From assembly GCA_963745025.1 (NCBI GenBank), contig CAVUWD010000013.1, forward strand, positions 420,557-484,556: 64,000 nucleotides of DNA, read 5' to 3'. Both the position numbers and the translations under genes were made by a program. Position 1 is the first letter of the stretch. Each line of letters begins with the position of its first letter. The stretch comes from an uncultured delta proteobacterium. Lineage in GTDB: Bacteria; Desulfobacterota; Binatia; JACPRU01. Positions 49,698 through 60,583 of this stretch are shown in pieces. The notes under the pieces were generated by a model. It saw only the letters and a list, made by a program, of their open reading frames with translations, did no database searches and had not been told where the DNA came from.

Positions 49698-52600
49698 CCG
49701 GCGAGCTCCTTCGCGACCTGCTCGGCGCGGATCGGAGCGCCGATCTCGAGAAAGAGGCGATGCGCCTCGCGGAGCTCGCGCTCGCGGTTTTTTTCGTCGC
49801 CGAGCCGCCTCGCGACTTCGGCGCGCTCGAGATGGACGAACGGTTCCCAGGTCTTCGCGCCGCACTCGCGGCTGAGCGCGAGCGTCTCTGCGAGGAGCCG
49901 CTCGATCGAGTCCCGCGCCGCCGTCCCTTCGCTCTCGAGCCGGGCGCGAGCGAGGGCCACTGCCGCCATCCACTCATGCATCTTTGCTTCGTACCGGCGT
50001 GCGATGTGGAGGGCCTCCTCGGCGTGCGCGCGGGCCGCGCCGACATCACCGAGAGCGAGGCGAACGGCGGACAAAAGCGCTAGACACCTTGGCTGAGTCG
50101 CAAGATTGGTGGTCGCCCGAGCGAGATCGAGCGCCCGGGCGAGGGTGTCTAGGGCCTCGCTCCAACGCCTGTTCCCCACGAATGCACCCCCCAGGGCCGC
50201 ACCAGCGAACACTACTTGAAACTTGTTTGCCGAAAGCTCGGCAAGCTCGACAGCCCGGCGCGCGTGGAAGAGCGCACGTTCGAAATCTCCTACCAGTTCG
50301 AAGATCACCGCGCGGTTTGCGTGAAGAAATCCAACAATCGACGCCTGACTTTGGCCCCGAGCCAAGTCGAGCGCATGGTCGAGATCTCTCGCCGCTTCGT
50401 CGAGTCGGCCCATGTAAGAGAGGGCGATGGCACGGTGGACAAGGAGGGAGAGGTACGGGCTGAATCCGAGCCGGGCTGTTCCGGGCTGCGTATCCTCGCG
50501 AACGAGCGCGAGTCCTTCGTCGGCACGCGCTAACGCCTGCGCGAACTTTCGGGAGAACAGGTAGCCTAAGCTTAGACCGTAGCGAACGGCAGCTTTGAGA
50601 CCGGCGTCCTCGGTTGCATCGGCCGCTCGAACGGCGCCGCGAAGCGCATCGAGCGCATCGGGCTGTCCGCGCATCGCTTTGAGAAAGCCGCACGCGTGAA
50701 GCACTAGGGCAACGGCGTGGGGATCCTCGGTCCGGGCGGCGAGGGCAGTCCCCTCGCGCGAAAGCGCCTCGAGCTCTTCCGGTGATCCTCCGGCGCGCAT
50801 CACGATCTGCATCATCTGGGCACAGGCGATTGCGCGCTGCACAAGAACCCCGGGGCTCTCCGCGACGGAGCCGAGAAGGCGGCGCAGGCTCTGCCAATGC
50901 CGCAGAGCCTCGGCGGGATGGTTCATCCCCGCCCACTCGGCGGCTCGCCGGTGCCAGCTGGCGGCCTCGAGTGCGTCGCCCGCATGCTCCCAATGGTAGG
51001 CGAGGAGTGCGGCTTGCTCGTCTAGCTTCGCGGCCTCGAGCTCGGCGATAGTCCGGGCGACGGCAGCGTGAGTTCGCGAGCGGCGGTCGGAGAGCTGCGA
51101 TTGGTAGGCGACCTCCTGGGTGAGCCGATGCTTGAAGGCGTACTCGGCTTGCGGATAGAGCGCCTCTTCGTACAAGAACTCGGCGCCGGTGAGACTCGTC
51201 AGAGCGGCGGTGAGATCCTTTTCCGGTAGATCGACGACACGTGCCAGGACTGCCTCGGCGAAAGTCTTGCCGATCACCGACGCCGTTTGCAGGACTCGCT
51301 TCTCTCGTTCCGGTAAGCGATCGATACGCGCAGCGAGCACGGCCTGCACGGTCGGCGGAATCGAGATCCCGCCGATCCCCTTCACGAGGCGGTAGGCGCC
51401 CTTCGGGCCTGCGAGGTTGCCTCCCTCTGCGAGGGACTGCACCACCTCTTCGACGAAGAACGGATTGCCGGACGTGCGCTCCCGGATCAGCTCTCCAAGA
51501 CCTTCGAGCGACGGATCTGTCCCGAGGAGATCCGCGAGCAATTCCGCGATTGCCTCTGGACCGAGCGGAAGTAGCGGCAGTTGCTGGTAGTACGACTTCT
51601 TCATCCAGCGGGCGTGGTACTCGGGGCGGAAGGTCACTACGCGAAGGAATCGTGTACCGGGCAGAGCCTCCACGAGTTGCTCGAGGAGCGCTTCGCTCCC
51701 ACCGTCGAACCAGTGAAGGTCCTCGAATAGTGTTACCGCGGGCGCCCGTTGGCCTCGGAGCTGCGTGACGCGTTTGATGACGGTATAGAGCTGCCGCTGG
51801 CGCGCCTCCGGATCCATGCGCGCCGAGGGGAGGTCGGGATCGGGAACGCCGAGGAACTCGAACATCATCGGAAGGGCCTCGCGGAAGCTCTCGTCGAGGA
51901 GAAGCAGTAACCCCGCGATCTTTCTGCGCACCGCCTCGGCGCTGTCCTGGTCGGTGATTCCGAAGACGGTCCGCGTGTAGTCCAGCATGGGAAGAAACGG
52001 GATCGACTTTCCGTGCGGGATCCCGTGGGTCTCGAAGGTCTGAACACCACGCGCCCGACAGCGCTCGAGGAACTCGTAGCAGAGCCGGCTTTTGCCGACG
52101 CCCGGCTCGGCGACGACGCCGACGACCTGTGCATTTCCCGCAATCGCTCGCTCCAGAGCGTCCTCGAGCGCGGCCATCTCCCGCTCCCGCCCGACGAATC
52201 GCGAGAACCCGCGCGTGCGGGAAACCTCGAGCTTGGTGCGAAGCTGTCCGATCCTCTCGAGCTCGTAGACCCGCAGCGGATCGTGAGCCCCTTTCACCTC
52301 CAGGAGTCCGAGATCGTGGAGCTGAAAGAGTCCTTCAACGAGCTTGGCGGTGTGCTCGGTGAGGTACGCCTTCCCCGGCTCGGCGATCTGTTCCATCCGC
52401 GCCGCCAGGCTCGCCGTGTGGCCGAGGGCCGTGTAGTCCATGCGGAGATCGTCGCCGATAGTCCCGACGACGACTTCCCCTGAGTTGAGCCCCATCCGCA
52501 CCGAGAAGCTGATCCCCTTCTGGATTCGCAACTCGTTCGCATAGCGGCGCAGATCGTCCTGCAACGCCAGCGCTGCGTAGCAGGCGCGCGCCGCATGGTC

Positions 52601-53050
52601 CTCGTGGGCGATCGGCGCGCCGAAGAGCGCCATGATCCCGTCGCCCGTGTACTGGTTGATCGTCCCCTCGAAGCGGTGAACTCCGTCAGTGAGAATCTTG
52701 AAGAAGGCCTCCATGATCCGGTGCCAATCCTCGGGGTCGATCGACTCCGAGAGATCCATCGACCCCTTCACGTCGGCGAACAGCACCGTGACCTGCTTCC
52801 GCTCGCCCTCGAGGGCGGCGCGCGAGGTGAGGATCTTCTCGGCGAGGTGACGCGGAGTATAGCTTCGGGGCTCCGGCGCAGAAGGTCGCGACCGGGTTTC
52901 CGCTGCCGGCTTTCCACACCGATTGCAGAACTTTACGCTAGGTGGGAGCTCAGCTCCGCACTGCCCACAGACGAGGGATAAGCGCGCTCCGCACTCGAAG
53001 CAGAATTTCGAGTCGGCAGGATTCTCGAACGCGCAACTCGGGCACCGCAT
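49694..53050 (-). CDS. Class III adenylate/guanylate cyclase with double zinc ribbon, AAA/STAND ATPase and TPR-like region
   Basis: CPSC..CFEC..CGQC..CNRC; VLFADVKGS, YTGDGIMALFGAP; EPGVGKSR; FEDLHW; SGNPFF. Confidence 0.93.
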   Translation of the reverse strand: MRCPSCAFENPADSKFCFECGARLSLVCGQCGAELPPSVKFCNRCGKPAAETRSRPSAPEPRSYTPRHLAEKILTSRAALEGERKQVTVLFADVKGSMDLSESIDPEDWHRIMEAFFKILTDGVHRFEGTINQYTGDGIMALFGAPIAHEDHAARACYAALALQDDLRRYANELRIQKGISFSVRMGLNSGEVVVGTIGDDLRMDYTALGHTASLAARMEQIAEPGKAYLTEHTAKLVEGLFQLHDLGLLEVKGAHDPLRVYELERIGQLRTKLEVSRTRGFSRFVGREREMAALEDALERAIAGNAQVVGVVAEPGVGKSRLCYEFLERCRARGVQTFETHGIPHGKSIPFLPMLDYTRTVFGITDQDSAEAVRRKIAGLLLLLDESFREALPMMFEFLGVPDPDLPSARMDPEARQRQLYTVIKRVTQLRGQRAPAVTLFEDLHWFDGGSEALLEQLVEALPGTRFLRVVTFRPEYHARWMKKSYYQQLPLLPLGPEAIAELLADLLGTDPSLEGLGELIRERTSGNPFFVEEVVQSLAEGGNLAGPKGAYRLVKGIGGISIPPTVQAVLAARIDRLPEREKRVLQTASVIGKTFAEAVLARVVDLPEKDLTAALTSLTGAEFLYEEALYPQAEYAFKHRLTQEVAYQSQLSDRRSRTHAAVARTIAELEAAKLDEQAALLAYHWEHAGDALEAASWHRRAAEWAGMNHPAEALRHWQSLRRLLGSVAESPGVLVQRAIACAQMMQIVMRAGGSPEELEALSREGTALAARTEDPHAVALVLHACGFLKAMRGQPDALDALRGAVRAADATEDAGLKAAVRYGLSLGYLFSRKFAQALARADEGLALVREDTQPGTARLGFSPYLSLLVHRAIALSYMGRLDEAARDLDHALDLARGQSQASIVGFLHANRAVIFELVGDFERALFHARRAVELAELSANKFQVVFAGAALGGAFVGNRRWSEALDTLARALDLARATTNLATQPRCLALLSAVRLALGDVGAARAHAEEALHIARRYEAKMHEWMAAVALARARLESEGTAARDSIERLLAETLALSRECGAKTWEPFVHLERAEVARRLGDEKNRERELREAHRLFLEIGAPIRAEQVAKELAG

Positions 53051-53404
53051 CGATCAGTCTTCTCAGGACATCTGGGCGAGGGGACCGTAGACCCGGGGGC
53101 CGGCTACGCGCAAGCGACCAGGACGGGGAAACCCAAGGAGATCAGAAGACGACGAAGGTCTCCGCGACGATCGGCTCGGAGTGCAGAGTTCAACACTATC
53201 GTGAAGTTTCGCCCGTCGACCGGGCCGTCGTTGCCATGGGGTGGGTAGCTGCCGACACAGCGTGGGGGCCCCGCCAACGAGGCGGAGAAGGGCAAGGCGA
53301 GCGCCGGCCCACCCGATGCAGCACCTCAGCCGGACGAAGTTGTCATCTGCGCGCAGCCGTGTCATGAGCGACAACGGCTCGAGGACGAGCCACACGGTGA
53401 GGCG

Positions 53405-53938
53405 ATGGACGCGCCGGATACGAGGTACGTGGCGGTCGGAGATGCCGAGGTGGCCTACCAGATCGTCGGCGAAGGCCCCCTCGATCTCGTGTACCACCAC
53501 GGCCTTTGCCATCTGGATCTCCAGTGGGACGTGGCTCCGGAGGCTGCATTCAACGAGCGCCTCGCGTCGTTCAGCCGGTTGATCCTCTTCGACCGAAGGG
53601 GCACCGGGGCATCCGAGCGGGGTCCCCGCGACTTCGTGCCGACGTGGGAGGAGTGGAGCGAGGACCTTCGTGCCGTGCTCGACGCGGCGGGTTCCGAGAG
53701 CGCCGCCATCTTCGCCGAGGGGGAGGCGGGGCCGACCGCGATCCTTTTCGCGGCCGCGCATCCCGAGCGCGTCCGCGCGCTCCAACCGCCGTTCACATCG
53801 GTTCCGAACGATCCCTGCTTGCCGGTGATGCTCGACGAGCCTTTCCGAGAGAACTCAAGTGATCGTGATCGAGCCGAACCCGGTGACGCCGATCTGCAGA
53901 GAGAGTTTTTCATCGCTGGGATGAACTGGCTACTCTAG
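53405..53938 (+). pseudogene. Truncated alpha/beta hydrolase domain (LipJ-like)
   Basis: TRY..VAYQIVGEGPLDL..FDRRGTGAS..FAAAHPERVRAL, then unrelated tail. Confidence 0.7.
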
Positions 53939-53981
53939 TTGCTCACGTACTACCTGCCAGTGTGCAGCGGGGAGGCCGCAG

Positions 53982-54455
53982 ATGCGAATCCCTCACGCGT
54001 TATTCGTTCTCCTCGTTGGAGTTTTTGTGAGTGTCCCTGGCTGCGCCCCCACGATCGATTTCGGTACTGGGAGCGTCTCGTCGCCCGGCGCTGTGACCGG
54101 GATGGACCACATCCTGCTCACCGTCTCGGACATGAGTCGCTCGGTTGAATTCTACCGAGACGTGCTGGGCATGCGCATGGAGTACCGGTCGCTGCACTTT
54201 GCCATGCTACGGGCAGGCAACTACGGTGTTGCGCTGAGCACTCGCCCCTGGCCCTTCGAGAAGCAGGGCGAACCCAACGGTATCGGCATGATTCCCCATT
54301 TCACGACCGCCAACATGGACGAGTTCGGCGTGCGGTTGAAGAGGAACGGGGTCTCCTGGCTCCGCGCGCCGGTGCGGGAATCGTTCGGGATCGAAGCGTT
54401 CCTCACTGACCCTGATGGATACCAGTGGGCGGTGCTGGCTCCGCTCAGCTCCTGA
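53982..54455 (+). CDS. VOC/glyoxalase-family protein
   Basis: DHILLTVSDMSRSVEFYRDVLG...FLTDPDGY. Confidence 0.88.
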   Translation: MRIPHALFVLLVGVFVSVPGCAPTIDFGTGSVSSPGAVTGMDHILLTVSDMSRSVEFYRDVLGMRMEYRSLHFAMLRAGNYGVALSTRPWPFEKQGEPNGIGMIPHFTTANMDEFGVRLKRNGVSWLRAPVRESFGIEAFLTDPDGYQWAVLAPLSS

Positions 54456-54640
54456 TGAGAGGGACCGCCGAAAGCCGACAGATTCTTCGCCAAGCTGCCG
54501 AGCAAGTTCACGATCGACGACGTCCGGAAGCTTGCTGGGAAAGCGACCGGAGTGAGCTTCGCCCAGTGGGGGCGAGCGAAGAAGGTGAAAAAGACTTCCG
54601 GCGGATATCAGAAAGTCGCGTAAGCGCTAGCCGCCTGCAG

Positions 54641-54668
54641 GGAATAAACGCGGTGAGCGCATAGTCTA
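54641..54668 (+). promoter_or_regulatory. Candidate ECF promoter (autoregulatory)
   Basis: GGAATAAA-N15-GTCTA; same motif and spacing at 56006. Confidence 0.6.
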
Positions 54669-54702
54669 GATAGGCGAGAGCGCCGAACGGGGATGGCATC
54701 GA

Positions 54703-55230
54703 TTGAGAGAAGCCAATCAACGGGCGGATTTCGAAGCCAGCGTGCTTCCGCACCTCGACGCCGCCTATAACCTTGCCCGCTGGCTGCTGCGCGACGAGCA
54801 CGACGCCAAGGACGTCGTACAGGATGCGTATCTCAGAGCCTTTCGCTTTTTCGACAGTTTCCGGGGCGGAGACAGCCGTAGTTGGCTGCTCACGATCGTG
54901 CGCAACGCCTGCTACAGCTGGCTTCGCAAAGCTCGCCCTGACGAGCTTCGGGTCAGCTTCGACGAGGAGTCTCATGGCCGCGAAGGCGGCGGCAGTAGCC
55001 CAGAGGAGAACCTGTTGCGAAACGCGAATGCGCGGTCGCTGAAGGATGCCCTCGAGAGGCTTCCGGTCGGACTGCGCGAGGCAATCGTTCTCCGCGAGCT
55101 CGAGGGCCTCTCTTATGGCGAGATAGCCGTGGTCGCCGACATTCCCATCGGCACGGTCATGTCGCGGCTGTCGCGCAGCCGCAAGCGGCTTCAAGAGTCT
55201 CTCCGCTTGAGCAGGGGAAAGGAGGTCTAA
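54703..55230 (+). CDS. ECF sigma-70 factor
   Basis: HLDAAYNLARWL..DVVQDA..WLLTIVRN..GLSYGEIA..GTVMSRLSR. Confidence 0.93.
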   Translation: MREANQRADFEASVLPHLDAAYNLARWLLRDEHDAKDVVQDAYLRAFRFFDSFRGGDSRSWLLTIVRNACYSWLRKARPDELRVSFDEESHGREGGGSSPEENLLRNANARSLKDALERLPVGLREAIVLRELEGLSYGEIAVVADIPIGTVMSRLSRSRKRLQESLRLSRGKEV

Positions 55231-55232
55231 CC

Positions 55233-56012
55233 GTGAGTTGCACGGAACCCCGAGACCTCGTCCAAGCCTATCTCGATCGTGAGCTCGATCTCGCGAAAAA
55301 TCTCGAGATGGAGCAGCACCTCCCCGAATGCGTGACCTGCTCCGAAGCGTACGAGGAGGGGCGACGGCTTCGCACCGCACTCAACGAAGGCGAGCTTCAT
55401 TTCAGTGCTCCACCCGATCTCCACAAGCGAATTCGGGCGGTGGTGCGAGACGAAGTGAGAGGCAGCGCTCACTCACGCTTGTTCAGATGGCGTGCGATGG
55501 CGTTCGCTGCGCCCGTTGCGCTCGCCGCCGTGATCGCCTTGAGCATCGTTCCGCTTCTGAGGCGGCCGATGACCACGGACCTCTTAGTCGACGAGATCGT
55601 CTCCGGCCATGTGCGCTCGCTGATGGTCGACCACCTCGTCGACGTCGCGTCGACCGATCAGCATACGGTGCGCCCCTGGTTCAACGGCAAGATCGCCTAT
55701 GCGCCGCCCGTCGCCGATTTTACGGCGAACGGCTTTGCGCTGGTCGGCGGTCGGATGGACTACATCGCCGGGCGGCCGGTTGCCGCGCTCGTCTACCGGC
55801 ACCAAGCGCATCTCGTGAATTTGTTCATCTGGCCGGATCGCGCGGGTGCTTCGAGCACCGCGACGTCGACGTCGGACGGCTACTCGTTAGTGCACTGGAA
55901 CGACACGGATCTCGCCTATTGGGCCGTCTCCGACCTCAATCTCCACGATCTCGCCAGGCTTGCCGACCTCGTGCGGCAGTCGCGTCCGCGCGCCACGCCG
56001 GGCGGGGAATAA
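55233..56012 (+). CDS. Zinc-binding transmembrane anti-sigma factor
   Basis: HLPECVTC (HxxxCxxC), TM helix, DQHTVRPWF, LVGGRMDY. Confidence 0.92.
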   Translation: MSCTEPRDLVQAYLDRELDLAKNLEMEQHLPECVTCSEAYEEGRRLRTALNEGELHFSAPPDLHKRIRAVVRDEVRGSAHSRLFRWRAMAFAAPVALAAVIALSIVPLLRRPMTTDLLVDEIVSGHVRSLMVDHLVDVASTDQHTVRPWFNGKIAYAPPVADFTANGFALVGGRMDYIAGRPVAALVYRHQAHLVNLFIWPDRAGASSTATSTSDGYSLVHWNDTDLAYWAVSDLNLHDLARLADLVRQSRPRATPGGE

Positions 56013-56033
56013 AAGCGGCCCGTCGAGGGTCAT
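56006..56033 (+). promoter_or_regulatory. Candidate ECF promoter for the DoxX gene
   Basis: GGAATAAA-N15-GTCAT. Confidence 0.55.
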
Positions 56034-56055
56034 GACTGGCAAAGGAGGCAGTATC

Positions 56056-56583
56056 ATGAACGTACGCCAGTTGATGAAATGGTTGTGGAGCCCGCCGCTA
56101 ACTGCGCCGCGCTCGACGGTTCTCATCCGCTCGATGGCCGGGGCCGTCTTCCTGTGGGAAGGCATCCTCAAGTTCGTCTACGTCAATCAGGGCGTCGGAC
56201 GATTCACGAAGCTCGGCTTTCCGTTTCCCGAGCTGACCGCGCACTTCGTCGGCGGGCTGGAGATCGTCGGCGGAATTCTGTTGATCGCAGGTCTCCTCAC
56301 CCGCGTCACCGCGATCCCCTTCGTGGTCGAGATGGTGGTGGCCATGCTCTCCACCAAGATCGCGATCTACCTCGGAACGTCGCCCCTGCCGCTGCCGCCG
56401 GTTCCCCCGCAGATCGGCATCTGGGCGGTGCTGCACGAGGTTCGTTCGGAATATGCCCAGCTCATGAGCGTGCTCTTCCTCTTGGCGGTCGGACCGGGAC
56501 CGTGGTCAGTCGATGCGCTCATCGCACGGGCACGTGTGCACACGCTTGTGCCGGTGCCGCGACGCAAGGCCGCCGCAGCCTGA
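56056..56583 (+). CDS. DoxX-family membrane protein
   Basis: GAVFLWEGILKF, EIVGG..GLLTR, GPGPWSVD; AGGAGG RBS. Confidence 0.9.
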   Translation: MNVRQLMKWLWSPPLTAPRSTVLIRSMAGAVFLWEGILKFVYVNQGVGRFTKLGFPFPELTAHFVGGLEIVGGILLIAGLLTRVTAIPFVVEMVVAMLSTKIAIYLGTSPLPLPPVPPQIGIWAVLHEVRSEYAQLMSVLFLLAVGPGPWSVDALIARARVHTLVPVPRRKAAAA

Positions 56584-56686
56584 CGGATCAGGGTAGGCCG
56601 TGCGACGCCGACCTCGTGCGGCGTCGCACGGCTGGCTTCATGGGCCGCCGTGACCGACAGGTCGATCCGACCGGCATACGGGACGG

Positions 56687-57442
56687 CTACTTGCTCTCTT
56701 GAACGATGCGGTCGCTAAGCGGCTGCACCGGCCTAGCATTGTGCGGATACAATTTCGCGAACTGTGATAGTTCGGCTTCCGACAGCGTGTTGACGGACTT
56801 GAGCACAAACCAGGTCACGTTCTCACTGCAAGGCGGCGTGGTCAGCGAGCCCGTAAAGGTGTAGTAACCATGATCGGAAGGTAGCAGATCGGCGGCATTG
56901 ATCTGAACGTTATCCACGGCCACCTCTTTCTCTTTTTGCGCTGGCACGTTCTTCCACAATTCGTCGAGCAATGGGCTAGCTTGGCCCTTTTCCAGCAGCA
57001 CGGCAACGACGGCAAGGTTGCCATCCTGATCGGCGTGCACAAGATGGGCCACCATGTCGTGACGTTTGCCGTTGATCTCTTCCTCGCTCGGATGGTGGAA
57101 GTGAAATTGTTTCAATTGGTATTGCTTGTCACCAACCCGAATAAAGCTGCCCGAGGCGTAGTTGACCTGGATGGTATGGCCGTTATCGATGATATGGAAC
57201 GGCGTCGGTTTGTAGTCGAACTGAATCGCGGGCAGATCAGCTTTCTGCGGCTTGCGGATATCGATTGGAGACTGGTGCTTCCCATGCTTGCAGGTGGCGT
57301 AGTCGGATTTCAGGTCGCCCCAGTGTGCGGGTCCATCTGCTCCGCTATAAGTCCACGCATGGCCCGCACTATGCTCTTGTGCATGCAAGCACGGTGAGGC
57401 AATCGCGATCGCCGCAACGACCAGCCAATTCCAGGTCCGCAT
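56687..57442 (-). CDS. cah: Secreted alpha-carbonic anhydrase
   Basis: Signal peptide, QSPIDI, QFHFH, HLVH, GSLTTPPCSE, NARPVQ. Confidence 0.95.
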   Translation of the reverse strand: MRTWNWLVVAAIAIASPCLHAQEHSAGHAWTYSGADGPAHWGDLKSDYATCKHGKHQSPIDIRKPQKADLPAIQFDYKPTPFHIIDNGHTIQVNYASGSFIRVGDKQYQLKQFHFHHPSEEEINGKRHDMVAHLVHADQDGNLAVVAVLLEKGQASPLLDELWKNVPAQKEKEVAVDNVQINAADLLPSDHGYYTFTGSLTTPPCSENVTWFVLKSVNTLSEAELSQFAKLYPHNARPVQPLSDRIVQESK

Positions 57443-57740
57443 GGTGTTTCGCTCCTTTCTAGATATCCATCACGACTTAATTGACCCGAGAAGGCGAGCC
57501 AATGTACCCCGCCAAAGGGTTACCATGCTGAGTCCTCCCGGAGGAATCAACTTGAATGGCTGGTCGCGCGTCGGTGTGATGTTCAGGAGCAGGCCGGTCT
57601 CCTCCCTCAGCCTACCGCCTCCGGAACATCCCAGCCCCCGTAGTTCTGCGTAGTACGTAGACACGACCGGCGAGGACATGGCGTACCTCCAAGGGTATGT
57701 TCCGCAACTTTTACTAAGAGACGGCAACGCGATCCAGAGG

Positions 57741-58167
57741 ATGTCCCGAAGGACGTGACATACACGAAGACGACGATCACCCACGAGCTTGCCGCCCGGA
57801 GAGTAGCGGCGGCGATCACCCGCGCAAGGAGCTCGGCGTGAGACAGAACTTCGCCGTGCTCGTTGAGGGTGGCAACCTGAAGGCCTTCGGCCGCATGGAC
57901 GGTGCGCCGATCCTGGAGATCGACGGGTGTCAGCGGAAGGCCTGCACCGCGCTCTACGGGATAAGCACCGAGGACCTGTACCAGCGCATCAAGGACGACC
58001 CGTCCCGGCTGATCGGCCTTTCGCACTTTTCGCGGGCGACCGTCGTGGGCGGCAGTTTGCCGATCCGGCGCTGCTGCCACCGACTCCGATGCCGCCGACG
58101 ATCTCCCCGTCCACCCGCTTCGAACGAGTTCGCTGGGGGTTACGGCTTGAGACTCTGCCGCCGTTGA
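57741..58167 (+). pseudogene. GlcG/HbpS heme-binding protein, degraded
   Basis: TITHELAARRVAAA..GGNLKAFGRMDGA..KACTA..GGSLPI with indels. Confidence 0.7.
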
Positions 58168-58174
58168 GGTTCAA

Positions 58175-58867
58175 ATGGCCGCCATGAACGTCACGCCCCG
58201 TCGCCGGTGGGGACGCAATATCTTGCCGGTGCGGATCGTTCGCGCTCGACCGCGCTTGTTCGCTTCGGGCTTGTTCGGGCTGACCGTCATCGCGTTGCTG
58301 CCTGCGGTCTCGCGGTTCGCGACACGGCTCCTCGTGGGGTGGGATGCCGGTGTCGCCCTCTATCTCGCTCTCGTGTACCATCTGATGGCGGTTTCCCACG
58401 TCGGCCACATTCGGCTACGCGCGAGAGTCGAAGACGAGGGCAGGACTGCGATCCTGGTACTCACGGCCACGGCGGCACTCGCCAGCCTCGGGGCCATCGT
58501 AGCCGAGCTCGGCTCGTCTTCCACCGCTGGCTCCGTGCGTCCACCAGCCCACCTGATCCTCGCAACCGTTACGATCGTGATGTCGTGGGCGTTCACGCAC
58601 ACGATCTTCGCGTTGCACTACGCGCACGATTTCTACCAGGAGAACGGCGGCAAGGGCAGCGGCCTCGCGTTTCCCGGCGGAGAGGAGCCTGACTATTGGG
58701 ACTTCGTCTACTTCTCGTTCGTGATCGGGATGACTTCGCAAGTTTCCGACGTGGCGATCCTCTCCAAGCCGATGCGCCGGACGGCAGCCGCGCATGGAAT
58801 CATCTCCTTCGTGTTCAACGCGGCTTTACTGGCGCTGACCGTTAACATCGCCGCGAGCGCGATCTAG
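58175..58867 (+). CDS. DUF1345 membrane protein
   Basis: FALHYAH, FPGGEEPDYWDFVYFSFVIGMTSQVSDV. Confidence 0.92.
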   Translation: MAAMNVTPRRRWGRNILPVRIVRARPRLFASGLFGLTVIALLPAVSRFATRLLVGWDAGVALYLALVYHLMAVSHVGHIRLRARVEDEGRTAILVLTATAALASLGAIVAELGSSSTAGSVRPPAHLILATVTIVMSWAFTHTIFALHYAHDFYQENGGKGSGLAFPGGEEPDYWDFVYFSFVIGMTSQVSDVAILSKPMRRTAAAHGIISFVFNAALLALTVNIAASAI

Positions 58868-58985
58868 CCTGACGGTGCGGCGATCGTTGCGTACGGAGGG
58901 ACCGTGGGCCACCGTGACCGACAGGTCGCTCGGGCTTCCGAAGGAGCCCACAGATGGGGGCCCGCGATGAGGGAGCGAACGCGCC

Positions 58986-59651
58986 GTGCGTCATCGTAAG
59001 ATAATCGCGACCGCCGTTCTCCTCGCAGGGCTGCTCGGCGCTTTTGCCACTGCGCGGTCGCGTCACCGCCTGCCGCAGGATGCCGGAGCCGGACAGTTCG
59101 ACCATTTCGTCCTGAGTCTGTCGTGGTCTCCCGAGTACTGCGCCAGCACCGAGCGCGATGCCACTGACCCGCAGTGCGGCAGCTCCAGACGGTACGGCTT
59201 CGTCGTGCACGGCCTCTGGCCGCAGCACGAGAGCGGCTTCCTGGAATCGTGTGCGGCCGGTGGCAGGCTGGATCAATCCATCGTCGACGGCATGCTCGAC
59301 ATCATGCCGAGCCCGACCTTGATCCGTCACGAATGGAAAACGCACGGCACGTGTAGCGGAATGCCGCCCGCCGACTACTTTGCCAAGGTGCGCGCTGCCT
59401 ACACCAGCGTGCATATCCCGGAGCCGTACCAAAACCCGCAAGGTGTGAGGCACATCGACGCAAACCGCATTCGGCGGGAGTTCTTGCAGGCGAATTCTGG
59501 CTTCGATGACGATGATCTCGCGGTGGTCTGCAGCCAGAGATACCTACACGAGGTGCGCATTTGCCTCGACAAGGAGCTGCGGCCGCTCGCCTGCGGCCGT
59601 GACGTACGCGATCGGTGTCGCGGCGAAGTCGTGGTGCGACCGGTACGCTAA
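58986..59651 (+). CDS. Secreted ribonuclease T2
   Basis: LSWSPEYC, FVVHGLWP (CAS I), HEWKTHGTC (CAS II). Confidence 0.94.
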   Translation: MRHRKIIATAVLLAGLLGAFATARSRHRLPQDAGAGQFDHFVLSLSWSPEYCASTERDATDPQCGSSRRYGFVVHGLWPQHESGFLESCAAGGRLDQSIVDGMLDIMPSPTLIRHEWKTHGTCSGMPPADYFAKVRAAYTSVHIPEPYQNPQGVRHIDANRIRREFLQANSGFDDDDLAVVCSQRYLHEVRICLDKELRPLACGRDVRDRCRGEVVVRPVR

Positions 59652-60583
59652 AGTTCGGTATCGCCGTGGCATGTACACCGTCGTGGCGATCTCCTAGGCG
59701 GCGGTAAGAAACCAGCCCCTCGGCGATCGCCGGGCCACGCCGACCTTGCTCCATAGCCGCCTCCGGGCGCGGGCGACGCGCTTACGAGGCGTCACACGCG
59801 AAGTACGGCCCTGCAGATGCGCCTGCTCGATCTCGATCGGCGGGCGTATCGGTCGGCGGGGGCAAGAGCGGTCTTCCGTTGGTCCTGGGGTAGCAGGATA
59901 GAGCATCGAGGCCCGCAAAGCGCACGCGGAGTGGCGGGATAAGGTAACCGCAGCACGAGAGGTGTTTTCCGCGCATCGAGCTTCGGCGCGTAGAAGACGC
60001 GTTGCAACACCAGGCGCGGAACCGCCCTATCAACGCCAACGCTCGTCGGCTTGACGAGCGAAGCGCATCTGCGGTTTTATTACCTCTTGCGCTACCCCTC
60101 CCTTCGCGTCGAGCATCAGCCAACTCGGTCAACCGGCGAGCAACGGCTCTGGGTTGCGCTTCTCGACGACGCGTTGAAGATCTGCCGTGGGCGAAAGCCA
60201 GCCTCGGCCGACGAAAGGTAGAGAGCTATGGCCTGGATCGCTCGCGGGTCGGACGATGTGGCAGGCCTCGACTGGTGCTGCCGGGCGGTCGGTATCGACC
60301 CATCGGCCGGGCATGCCTGCATCGGTGAGCAAGGGCTCAAAGCGTAGCGCGAGATCCCCACGCCGCCGCTCTACGACCGGGGGGTGTGGCGCTACAAGCA
60401 CGTCGGGGCGGTGACTTTTGCAAAGGGGGCTCAATGAGGCCGAGACAACCTGCAGTGGTTGCAATCACAGCGCCTGGCCTCCTTTCGAGCCGGTGCTCGA
60501 TTTGCTTGCGGTCGAACATAATGAAACGACCCGGAGGGGGACCCGATCACTTTAAGTTCTCGCTCCGCTCCTTCTATCGGCTA

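Noticed and set aside
57828-57845. TGA in the GlcG-like gene as Sec
   Set aside because: It results from a one-base frameshift (ELGVRQ lies in another frame), not a Cys-aligned codon
60110-60330. Remnant GEQRLWVALLDDALKI..AWIA..WCCRAVGIDP small protein
   Set aside because: Internal TAG and no clear start; family could not be named with confidence
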